Assembly (NCBI GenBank): GCA_004431415.1
Contig: QPMI01000032.1
Span: 1-64,000 of the forward strand
Source of the DNA: Cyanophora paradoxa CCMP329
Lineage: Eukaryota; Plantae; Glaucophyta
Length of the DNA: 64,000 nt
Direction of reading: 5' to 3'
The notes beneath the pieces were generated by a model that worked only from the letters and a program-made list of their open reading frames with translations, was not told the DNA's origin and made no database searches. Below, piece after piece: positions 48,501-58,440 of this stretch; the first letter of the stretch is position 1, and the number at the start of each line of letters is the position of its first letter. A program made the translations under genes and the position numbers.

Positions 48501-51500
48501 CTGTTACCTCGGCGCCGCCGGAGGAAACTTTTGAAACGCGCGCGGCTGCAGCTGCTTACGGAGCGAGCGGCGATTCGGCTTTCAGGCGACCATGGAGCCG
48601 AACGGCGCGCTCGGATCAAATCAAAACATCAAAAGCCGGACCCGTGTACTTCTCGAATTCGAAGCGCCTGGCGAGGGAAGCCGGGGCACCAGGACCGGTA
48701 CCCTCTCCATCGCGATCGGGCTCCTGCACAGTCTGCTTATCAATCATTAAGGTTATTAAGTATGTCTTACTATATGCTTATTATATTACATGTCCGGGAT
48801 TGTTATCATTTAAGGTCCGCGTGCCTCGAAATGTAGAGGCTCTCGAGTTCGCGGTCGGTAGGTCTGCGCCGCTTCATCGCGATCATTGATATCGTGATCA
48901 CGTGGCCCATTTGATTTGGAGCTCCGCCCCTCTGCAGCTGTCGACGTCTCGTCCGGAAACTGCGCACAGCCATCACAAAATATAAACGCATTGAAGCGCC
49001 CGCGTTCACGAGTACGACGTCGACAGCGAATTTCGAGAGCACTCGCCTCGAGGAAGCGACGGATGTTATTCACCGACGCCGACGCGCTCAGCAGATCCGC
49101 TGCAAAAATATTCAATGGACCGGGGCCGGAGCTGGAAATTCTCACAGAAAGCGCTAGCTTCGATCTCAGCTCGATAACCGAGGGGCGCTCACGGATGTAG
49201 GAAGAGAGCTCTGCGATGACGTCGTGCACAGTCCACGCGAGCGACAACCTTCGAGAAAGGTGCACGTGAGTGGAGGCCGAAAGGAAAGGAAGGCTTGAAT
49301 TAACGGGCGGGTACATACAAAGAGAGGACGTCCCCGGCGGTGATGGCGCCGCGAGGCACGAGCACTACGCCCGTCGCGAGAATCCCGGCCTGCAGGAGGA
49401 CGTTCCCGCCTGCGGGCGCGGGCGCATGGCGCCGCGGCGCTCACTGAGTCAAGCGAAACGAAGAATTGCGAGTCCGAACTCGAACGACCCGTGAAATTAA
49501 ATTCAATTGAGTACCGACGATGACGTCGTACAGGCACTCGCCGTAGACGAAGGCCCGAAGCGAGGCGCGACGGTACTCCCCCGCGAGGCTCCCGAATGCG
49601 GCGTTGGCGGCGCCTTGGTGCTGGTACTCCCGAACTGTCGCCTGCGAGGAAACGACCGATCCCTTAATAAGGGCGGACCCTTATAATATCGCCAACCACC
49701 GCGTGCTAAGGGCGGACCCTTATAATAGCGTGCTAAGGGCGGACCCATATAATATCGCCAGCCACCGCGGATATCGCGGATATCGCCAGTGCTAATTTAA
49801 GGGCAGCGCGGATATCGATCCATGAGTAGCCACCTGGCCCTGCAGGCACTCCTGCACGTGCGTCGTCATATCGCCGAGTCGCTCCTGCGCGTGCAGACAG
49901 GTGAGACCGCATTTGAAAGGAGGTTATAGTTCCGCGGCGGGCACCCGCTTCTCATCCGCAAAGCGCTCGCTATTGCGCTGCGGAAGACCACGCAATTAGC
50001 ATCGTACAAGTAATTTGCAGGCAGATCGTGAAGAGCGCACTACAATTGCACTCGCCGTCTCACCAAAGAAGATGAGAAACTGAACCAGCATGACCGCGGC
50101 AGTGATCCTGTTTGGATTTGAATTTAAATTTCCTGGGAACGAGCGCCGCGGCGCAGTATACGTAGGGCACGAGGCGCGTATACGTACGGGGCATTGATGG
50201 AGAAGGACACGGCGAGGGCGATCGAGGCTCCGAGTACGCACATCATGCAGCCGAGGGCGTTTTTCATGCCAATCTCGAGCCGCTGCATATCGGTCGCGAA
50301 GAGTCCCAGCGAAAAGCCGTCCGAAAAACTGGCCATAGACGCCCATTGCAAATTTTAAAGCCCGCTCGACAGAAGCGTCGGCGCTGCACGTGCAGCGCTT
50401 GCGTTCACGCACGTCGTGAAGTAGCAGGACGGCATCGCGTTGAGGTGGCGCATGAGGCGCGTGTAAATATTGTCTGAGACCCGCGTGACGATCTGCTTGG
50501 CGTAATCAGAGCGCGGCCGCGGACGATCCCAAGTTTGGATTTGAATTTAAATTTCCTGGGAACGAGCGCCGCGGCGCAGTATACGTAGGGCACGAGGCGC
50601 GTATACGTACGGGGCATTGATGGAGAAGGACACGGCGAGGGCGATCGAGGCTCCGAGTACGCACATCATGCAGCCGAGGGCGTTTTTCATGCCAATCTCG
50701 AGCCGCTGCATATCGGTCGCGAAGAGTCCCAGCGAAAAGCCGTCCGAAAAACTGGCCATAGACGCCCATTGCAAATTTTAAAGCCCGCTCGACAGAAGCG
50801 TCGGCGCTGCACGTGCAGCGCTTGCGTTCACGCACGTCGTGAAGTAGCAGGACGGCATCGCGTTGAGGTGGCGCATGAGGCGCGTGTAAATATTGTCTGA
50901 GACCCGCGTGACGATCTGCTTGGCGTAATCAGAGCGCGGCCGCGGACGATCCCAAGTTTGGATTTGAATTTAAATTTCCTGGGAACGAGCGCCGCGGCGC
51001 AGTATACGTAGGGCACGAGGCGCGTATACGTACGGGGCATTGATGGAGAAGGACACGGCGAGGGCGATCGAGGCTCCGAGTACGCACATCATGCAGCCGA
51101 GGGCGTTTTTCATGCCAATCTCGAGCCGCTGCATATCGGTCGCGAAGAGTCCCAGCGAAAAGCCGTCCGAAAAACTGGCCATAGACGCCCATTGCAAATT
51201 TTAAAGCCCGCTCGACAGAAGCGTCGGCGCTGCACGTGCAGCGCTTGCGTTCACGCACGTCGTGAAGTAGCAGGACGGCATCGCGTTGAGGTGGCGCATG
51301 AGGCGCGTGTAAATATTGTCTGAGACCCGCGTGACGATCTGCTTGGCGTAATCAGAGCGCGGCCGCGGACGATCCCAGTTGCAAGTTCGGGGCTCGTTCA
51401 TATGATCGCACTTGGTGCCAGGCGTAGCATACGATGCCACGCCCGATGGGATACAAGCACGCGCAGGCGGCGATGAAGGCCAGCACGTGCGCGCGGGGCG

Positions 51501-51845
51501 GGCTAGGGCTTTGGCCGGCGCCGGCGGCCGCCTCGCCCCCGCCGTCCAGCAGCGCGTCCACCATCCAATTTAGCATCGCCTGCAGCGCGAATCACTGAGT
51601 CGGCTGCGGCTGCACGCGCCGCGTTTAATTTGGTGCGACGTGGCCATGGCACAATAGTAAATTAAATGCGGAATTAATTAATCGATGAGGGTCTGGTTTA
51701 CAGAATTCACAATGTGTGCCATGGGCGCCGGCACGGACCCGGGCAACATGCGTGAGGGTCGACCCGCCACACAGGACGGCGAACATCAGCGGCTGCTGAG
51801 AGAGTAGAAGCCGGAAGATGAACACAAGCGAGAGGAAGAGGCCTG
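45520..51845 (-). CDS. ABCB-type half transporter (TMD-NBD) with C-terminal cyclic-nucleotide-binding domain; possibly a disrupted allele or pseudogene
   Basis: TMD exons (RLMRHLNAMPSCYFTTFSDG..FATDMQRLE; THVQECLQGQATVREY; GAITAGD). NBD: GLSLTIPHGKKICVVGPSGCGKST, VVSQSPHIFADTVLANI, LSGGQRQRIALARAL, LLLDEVTSAL, QITHRL, GRHAELLARRGGLYRKLY. A cNMP domain follows. The start codon was not found and exons may continue to ~44700. Confidence 0.85.
45620..46670 (-). other. Cyclic-nucleotide-binding (CAP/cNMP)-like domain with a long internal insertion
   Basis: LRALPLFD..AFDGLLA|HSLIVTVERGSFVVEEGEPCGTVYFVLSG ... VMPLGPGDS[F]NTE|AIL ... RAAHTLAVEERCQLLALPVPALRAWVEAF. Confidence 0.7.
46931..46972 (+). 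repeat. Intronic 9-bp tandem repeat (gcagagt[t/c]g)x4
   Basis: gcagagttggcagagttggcagagtcggcagagtcggcag. Confidence 0.85.
49663..49805 (+). repeat. Intronic short repeats (taagggcggacccttataata x3 and derivatives)
   Basis: Three near-identical 21-mers plus duplicated cgcggatat inside an ABC-gene intron. Confidence 0.8.
50110..51377. repeat. Apparently exact 423-bp tandem triplication covering two ABC TMD exons
   Basis: Units start at 50110, 50533 and 50956. The ORF track shows identical peptides offset by 423. Confidence 0.95.
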
Positions 51846-52265
51846 AAGTCGACGGAGTCGCGTCGTGATCAGCGCTAGCGGGTCCGGGCCGCCGGGCGGC
51901 GTGCGAATTCGAACGGCGTGATCAAGCGAATAATACTAAGTTATAACTTATTACTTAAGACGCAAGCGGACACTTTCGAAAAAAATCGGGTTAACACGGC
52001 CGGCTGAGCTTGCAGTCTCGATTCAGTTCCCCGTTTTGTCGCACCCAATATGAACCCTCATGTGCGAACACGTCGAGTGTCGACATCGATATCGGCGTAG
52101 ACCCGACTCACCCCGACAGCTGCCGCAGCCACTAGCTGCTGCAGCTGCATGCCAGCTGCAGCCTGCAGGCCTAGGTGGCATACTAAGTTATAACTTATTA
52201 CTTATGACGCAAGCGCACACACGTAAAAAAACACGAGTAGTACGCAACAGCCGAGCCAAAACGCG

Positions 52266-52823
52266 ACGGAGCCCCTATTCAAACTCCCGACCTCATACTC
52301 AATTGGCACTTTGAGTACGGACCAGTAGTAGAAGACCGCTGTCGCCGCCTGGCGGCGACTGCCAGTGGGCTGCCATGTGAACGCGCACCGCACGCGCGTG
52401 ACTGCGCAATGCGCATGCGTTGGCCAACGCACTTGACTTGAGCTTGCGCTGGCAGCCTGGCACTGCCAGGCTGGGCTGGCAGAGGCTGGCACAACGTTAA
52501 CCAGCCAGCCTGGCAGCATGCCAGCTGCAGGCTGCGCAGCTGCCTACCAGTGCCTAGCCCGGCCACGGAAGGCCGCACAGCGGCCCGTAGTAGGCGGCTG
52601 TAGGCTGTAGCTATAGCCTATAGAGGCCCCGTACTAGCCTAGTATACGTACCAGTAGGCTGGCAGTAGCGTACTACGGTACTACGGAGTCTACGGTACGC
52701 AACGGAGCCCCTATTCAAACTCCCGACCTCATACTCAATTGGCACTTTGAGTTCGGACCAGTAGTAAAACACCGCTGTCACCGCCTGGCGGCGCCTGCCA
52801 GTGGGCTGCCACGTGAACGCGCA
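52266..52823 (+). repeat. Dispersed ~120-bp direct repeat (52266-52388, 52702-52823), probable transposon remnant; a separate ~40-bp repeat lies at ~51935 and ~52181
   Basis: acggagcccctattcaaactcccgacctcatactcaattggcactttgagt..ggaccagtagta..gtgaacgcgca occurs twice. tactaagttataacttattactta.gacgcaagcg also occurs twice. Confidence 0.8.
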
Positions 52824-54131
52824 TGCGCAGCGCATGCGCAGCTGATCATGAGCTAGCAGTGAGCGCACGCATGCCCACACTGTGCACGTGACAACCGGCC
52901 GGCGGGCCGGCGGCGGCCGCACAGCCGGCGCCCACGCGCGCCCGCCGCCCGCCGCCCAGCCGGCGCGCTGGCACCGGGCGACGCGGCCGCGCGCGCCGGC
53001 AGCGGCGCCGCCCGGGCGCCGGCGCTGACCAGCTGGCGGCTGGCCAGCTGAATCCGTCCGATCGGTCGTTGCCAAGTTGAAATCGATCGCGACGCGATGC
53101 GGTACGAATCGGTCCAATATCCCGATGACGTTCATTGTTATCATCGGAAGTTGCTCCCGGAGTCCGGTACCAGGTACCGGAATTGCGACTTCGAAGAAGT
53201 TCCCAACAGTTAAGCTGGCCAGTGGTGTCACGTGCACACTGCACACTGTCACTGGTGTGCACGTGCACGGAAAGTCCTAGTGGCGGACAGTGCCGGACAC
53301 TGGCGGTCACTGCAGCTGGTGGATAACCGAAAGTAACGGAAGGTGGCGGATAACGTTAACGGAAAGTAACGGAAAGTAACGGAAACGCGCACCGGAGTAA
53401 TTACTGGTATAAGCTGTAGCCTGTAGGCTGTAGCCTGTAGGCTGCAGCTGCATTCATGCATGCAGGCGTACTACCGCGGGCGTAGTACGGGCTGTACAGC
53501 AGCTACAGCTTGCAGCTGTCGTTGGCTGAACAACCGCGTACACACATGTACAGGCACTGGGTACGGTGCTGCAACTGCGCATGCTGCACCGGACCTTCTA
53601 GATCTGTGCACGTGAACGGGCTGCGCATGCTGCTAGTAATCTAGTTTTCGAGCGAAGCGCCCGATTCCCTGAATTCGAAGTAGCGCGGCTGTAGCAATTT
53701 GAAGACGATGCTGATCCGATGATCATGAGCCCTAGGATCGTGATTATTCTTTTGCCACGAGAGTGTCTAGATCTGGCAGACTGCCACGATAGTGACGATA
53801 TATATCGATGACGAGGCCGGCGCCGGCGCCCAACATGTGCACGTGCACGTGCAGTTATTAATTATAATCATGCTCCGCTGAGAGCGCATGCGCAAATTAA
53901 AGCACCGTGGCACCTGCCCACCAGAGACAGCAGTGCGAATTTCGCGATTACAATTCATGGTGCCGCGGCGCGATTCACGTTCACACAAAGACTTCACACA
54001 CAGTCTGTGTGTGACACAGAGACTAGCCGCTGAGCTATAGCACTGGAGAAGCCCTGCGATTCACGTACGCGTTCGCGAAATTGCGAGATTTGCGATTCAT
54101 TGATATTGCAGATTATACAAGTTCAATAAAT

Positions 54132-54165
54132 GGGGGGGTGCGGGGGGGCTTGCCCCCCTGCTTGT
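54132..54165 (+). mobile_element. Helitron-like 3' terminal hairpin (copy 1)
   Basis: gggggggtgc-ggggggg-cttg-cccccc-tg-cttg|t: GC-rich stem-loop followed a few nt later by CTTG|T. Confidence 0.45.
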
Positions 54166-54349
54166 ATTGGTGCCGCACCGCGAGGGGGCACGCAGTAGTC
54201 GGACCAGGCGCCCGCCAACGAGGAAACGAGTGTCTTGCCCGAGCTCGAGCGGCGATCGCGACAGTCATCCTCGAGCTCGGCGCCAGCTTCCGCGCAAATG
54301 CGCTCGATTTTCGCTCTCAGGCTTCGGTGTGCATTCGGGTTCCTGGGTC

Positions 54350-56245
54350 GTCGGATCCGGAACGGTTAGTGGCAGATTGCAAATGAAACCGGATCCGGAG
54401 TGGCTTTTCATTAGAAAGAATATTCACGGACCGGCCGCGCGTACGGCTGGCGGCAGTGAGAAGCGTCGCGGCCGCCGCTCCGAAGGGCACGTCCGTCAGG
54501 GCCGCCCACTGCGAGGCTCCTGCGCACGGGACGAGGGCGCTGAGCGCCACCGCCTTGCGAGAATATTTTAATCGTCGATCGGCGAGGGGGCCTGCACCCT
54601 CGAGCAGGGCGCGGAGGAGCCTTGGCGGGTCGCCCTCCGCGCGCATCAGATCGTGCATCTCCGCCCGCATCCGCTCCCTGCGGCGGCGTGAGGGGACTGC
54701 CGGGGTTGGCGGGCGGGGCGCGCTCGAGCTCGAGCTCGCCACTAGTACTGGTACGCGGGCTGCCCCTCGCAGGCGAGGGAGGCGAGGCAGCCCTCCAGCG
54801 CCCACTCCCGCGCCCGCCACCACTCCGCGTCCCCCGCCCGCTCCCGCAGTCTGCGCCCATTAATACTAATGATGAATTCCCTAATCATAACAGCCATTTA
54901 TATTGGTTAATTCATGATAAAAGCCGCTTAGATTAATCGATTTTCGCAGCCTGGAAACTTGAAGATAAAACGTTGACCCGAATTCGAGGAGCTGGGTCCG
55001 GGGGCCGGGACTGGCCGTGGGGCGGACGCACGCGTCGGGGCCGAAGAGGGTGAGGGCGACGAGGAGGCGGGCGGCGCGGTCGCGCTCCGCCCCGGCGTCC
55101 CCCGCGGCGCCGAGCACGAGCGCGAGGCCACCCACGCCCCCGCGCCCCTCGACCAGCACCGCGGGGCCGCACGCCGCCGCCCCGCCCGCGCCGCCCACTC
55201 CGCCGTCCCGTCCGGAGCGCCCGCCGCCGCCCGCTGCGACCCGCCCGTCAGCAGCCGCGGGCGGGCCCGGACGGGCGAAAAGGCGTTCGAATTCGGCGAG
55301 GCACGCACCGCGCGCGAGATGGTCAGCTCAGCGGCGCCGGCAGCTGAGCCTTCCGCCGGCCCCGCAGCCGCCGGCCCGTCTCCAGTCGCGGGCAGAGGGC
55401 GAGGACAATGCGGACGCGCAGCGGGTCCCCGAGGCGCCGAGCGGGCCGCGGCGGAGGTGGCGAGCGCCCGCAGGTCCGCGGCGAGCGCGTCGTTGCTCGC
55501 CGCGCCCTCGCGATCGCCGCCGGCGCCGCCCTCCTCGAGCCCTTCGAATTCCAGCGCCGCCGCCCTCCGCGCCTCTAGCTCACGCGACTCCCGGGCCACG
55601 CTGCGGTCCCAGCGGCGCGGTCGGAGCGGTCGGCGCGGCGTTAATAATTTTGATTGTTGAATATAATTAGTAACGATTTTTTTTGCGCATGCGCATGCGC
55701 AATTCGCGCAAGCTTAAGGAGGCGCGGCGCACCTGGTAACGTGCACGGGACCGAGAACGAGGGGCCCTTGCAATTGAGCGCCAGGACGTCGCTTCGAATT
55801 CGGGGTTAACTTTAACGTTGCAATTGCCGCGTGCGCTGGCCGCGGCGCCGGCGCCGCGTCCGGCTGCGGTTGTGCATAAGCATGCGGGCGCGCCGCAGCC
55901 GGTAGGAGAGGTGCGGTCGGCAGCTCTGTCGCTGCAGGGACTCGCCGCTCTTTTAAGCCCGCGGCCGCACGGCCGCGGCTGTTAACGTTGCAATGGCAAT
56001 CGATATCCGCGCCCCTGCAGCTGCTGGTCATGGCTTCCTGCGGCTGATCATGAAGGCAATCGGCGCCTACGGCCGCGGCCCCATGGCCCGTCGCATCGCC
56101 CGGCGCCGGCCGCGGTTGCGGCTGCAGCGCCCATATGCATCCTCCCGCGATCGAGCTTCAGGCTTGCCCGCACGCGCACGGCCGCGGGAGGCTCGTCGGG
56201 AGTCTCTTGCTGCGGCGCTCCCGCGTCGCGCGCCGGCGCCATTCC
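54350..56245 (-). CDS. Multi-exon hypothetical Ala/Gly-rich protein
   Basis: Coding-like exons ARESRELEARRAAALEFEGLEE..LAADLRALA; GLALVLGAAGDAGAERDRAARLLVALTLFGPD; ERMRAEMHDLMRAEGDPPRLLRALLE; AVALSALVPCAGASQWAALTDVPF, flanked by plausible splice sites. Confidence 0.45.
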
Positions 56246-57473
56246 GAGTTCGCGTGCAGCCACTCCGCCGACCACAATATTTATAATTAATCGTCGCTGT
56301 CGGCGTCCAGCTATCGCTTCGCAGGACGCGCGACTGTGGTGCCAGCAGCCTGCAGGCTGTCGCGCTGCTTGCTGGCTGTCCGACGCGTGCCCGCGGTCCT
56401 TTCAACGCGTACGTCGACGCGTTTGGCGCTGGTCTAGGCACTGATCATGAGGCACAGCGCGCGCGCTGCGCATGCATTGCAGCGCATGCGAGTCCGCGAC
56501 GCAACGAACGCGTCTACGTACACTAGGCACTGAAGCAGGCACTGCTAGCTATACCGGGGTAGGCAGCAGTCTTCAAGGCGGCCAGGCTAGCTACCAGGCT
56601 AGAACTTCCTAGCAGTTGAACCTCGGCTGCGGGCCTGCGGCCTAGCGCTCGATCTCGATTCTAGATCTGCCGAACCTCAACGCCCCCCGGGCCCGCGACT
56701 GCACGCGTACGTCCGACGGACCGGCGACGGTCCGACGCCGGACCGACGGTCGTAGGCTCGTAGGCTGTCGTAGCGCTTCCCGGTCCAGAATCCGATGATC
56801 CCGCCGGAGTCCCGGCGCCGCGCGCGGCGCGCGCTTCGAGAACTCCAAGATAACCGCCGAATCTGTGTACCCTGCAGTACCGCGTACCTTCCGGTACAGA
56901 AAAACTAAAAAGGAGAAAAACGATCATGTGAAGAAAAAACCAATTCATCGCGATTCGCGAAGAACCAACGACCGTCCAACGTTCAAAATTTTCTCCGGTA
57001 ACTGTATAACTAGTTTATAATACTAGCTGTTCACTTCACTACCGGCCCAGGCTGGGAATTTGAAACTCGGTCACCGGAGGCTGCCACTGGTAAGTTTTGA
57101 ACACATTAGGACCAGTCCGAAGTACGGCTGGTGCGAGCCTAAAGGGAAAGAAAAAAGCAAAATTCTGCCAGCAATTTGGCTGACCAGTGCTGTAATTGCC
57201 TCTCTGATATATTGAGTCATAAAAAAATGCAGTCTTCCAGCCCGCATAGTACTGGGCCTCCATGTACCCGTGCTTGGTTATGTATATATATAAGTCCGAA
57301 CACAGCCAAAACATCGCTGGGGTACGTCAAAGCATTTGAGTTGAAATCGCTTACTACGGCGAGTCGAGTCCAAACGCCCCAGCCTAAAACTCGGGTGACT
57401 TGGTGATTGGTTATTAAAACCTGTAGCTAGACCACCAATACCTGCGCTCGCAATTCCGATTGGCCAGCTAGCA

Positions 57474-57514
57474 GGGGGGGGGGGTGCGGGGGGGGCGGAG
57501 CCCCCCCTGCTTGT
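57474..57514 (+). mobile_element. Helitron-like 3' terminal hairpin (copy 2)
   Basis: gggggggggggtgc-gggggggg-cggag-ccccccc-tg-cttg|t: same layout as 54132, different loop. Confidence 0.45.
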
Positions 57515-57595
57515 TGTCACTGCCGGGCGCCCCCGGGCCCTGGGGCCCGGCCGGGCGGGCCCCCGGGCCCCGGGGGAGCCTGACCTGGAGCCTGC

Positions 57596-57660
57596 GCTGC
57601 AGGCTGCAGGCTGCAGGCTGCAGGCTGCAGGCTGCAGGCTGCAGGCTGCAAGCTGCAGCT
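57596..57660. repeat. (gctgcag)n 7-bp microsatellite, ~9 units
   Basis: gctgcaggctgcaggctgcag... Confidence 0.9.
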
Positions 57661-58074
57661 AGCGCTGCTGCCTGCAGCTGCAGTTGATCATGATCATGAT
57701 CGCGCGAATTCGAAGGCGTCTCCGTCCGACCGGCTCCACATGATTCGAATTCTTTCGAATTCGGAAATCCTAATTAATAAAAAACAGCTGTAAATATGCT
57801 GGAGTGTGTGCGATTACTTATGGTGAATATACTCATCATCAAGCCCCATCGTTCGCTGCTATAATTCAAGAGGGCTCATACGGCTTGAGCTTTTGGCGTA
57901 GCTAGACAGCGCGTGTGCGATTCGAGCAATACAAACAGTGCTGCATCGTATATATATCATGCAAAGCCCGAGCAGAATTAGAAGAATAAGTGCATCGAGG
58001 GCCCTCATGATCAGTAGTCGGGGACGGCGTCGTCGTCCCGGGGCGCGTCCTGCGGCCCCCGAGTCAGAAAGTGG

Positions 58075-58440
58075 GAGAGGAGGGGGCGGGGGCGGGCCCC
58101 CGGCCCGGGCCAGTATTTAGACAGCAAAGCCAGTGCGAGCCTAGCTAGGGGCGTCTCTCTAGATCTCTAGCCGTCCTTTAGATCTCTTCTAAAGATCTCA
58201 AGGACGGCTAACGTTCTTGATTAGACATAGAGAGCCAGGCAGCTAATGATCCCAAGGACGGCTTAGGTTTCTTTATTATTATAAGGAGGTGGCTGGAGCC
58301 AGGCAGATCGCGCGCACCGGAGGGGGCGGGGCGGGCCCCCGGCCCGGGCCAGTATTCTTTAGATCCTTTAGATCTTTAGCCGTCCTTTAGATATCTTCTA
58401 AAGATCTCAAGGAAGGCTAACGTTCTTAATTAGAGAGCGC
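58075..58440. repeat. Degenerate direct repeat of ~110-150 bp (58075-58235 vs 58320-58440)
   Basis: gggcccccggcccgggccagtatt..tagccgtcctttagat.tcttctaaagatctcaagga.ggctaacgttctt.attaga occurs twice. Confidence 0.75.

Noticed and set aside
49663-49805. CRISPR-like short repeats with spacers
   Set aside because: Only three copies, with irregular and mutually related spacers, inside a spliceosomal intron, and no cas genes. The HNH motif at 63.5 kb has no visible RuvC or Cas9 context.
57037-57050. CACTA-like terminal sequence cactaccggccc
   Set aside because: No matching inverted TAGTG end with a 3-bp TSD was found in the window.
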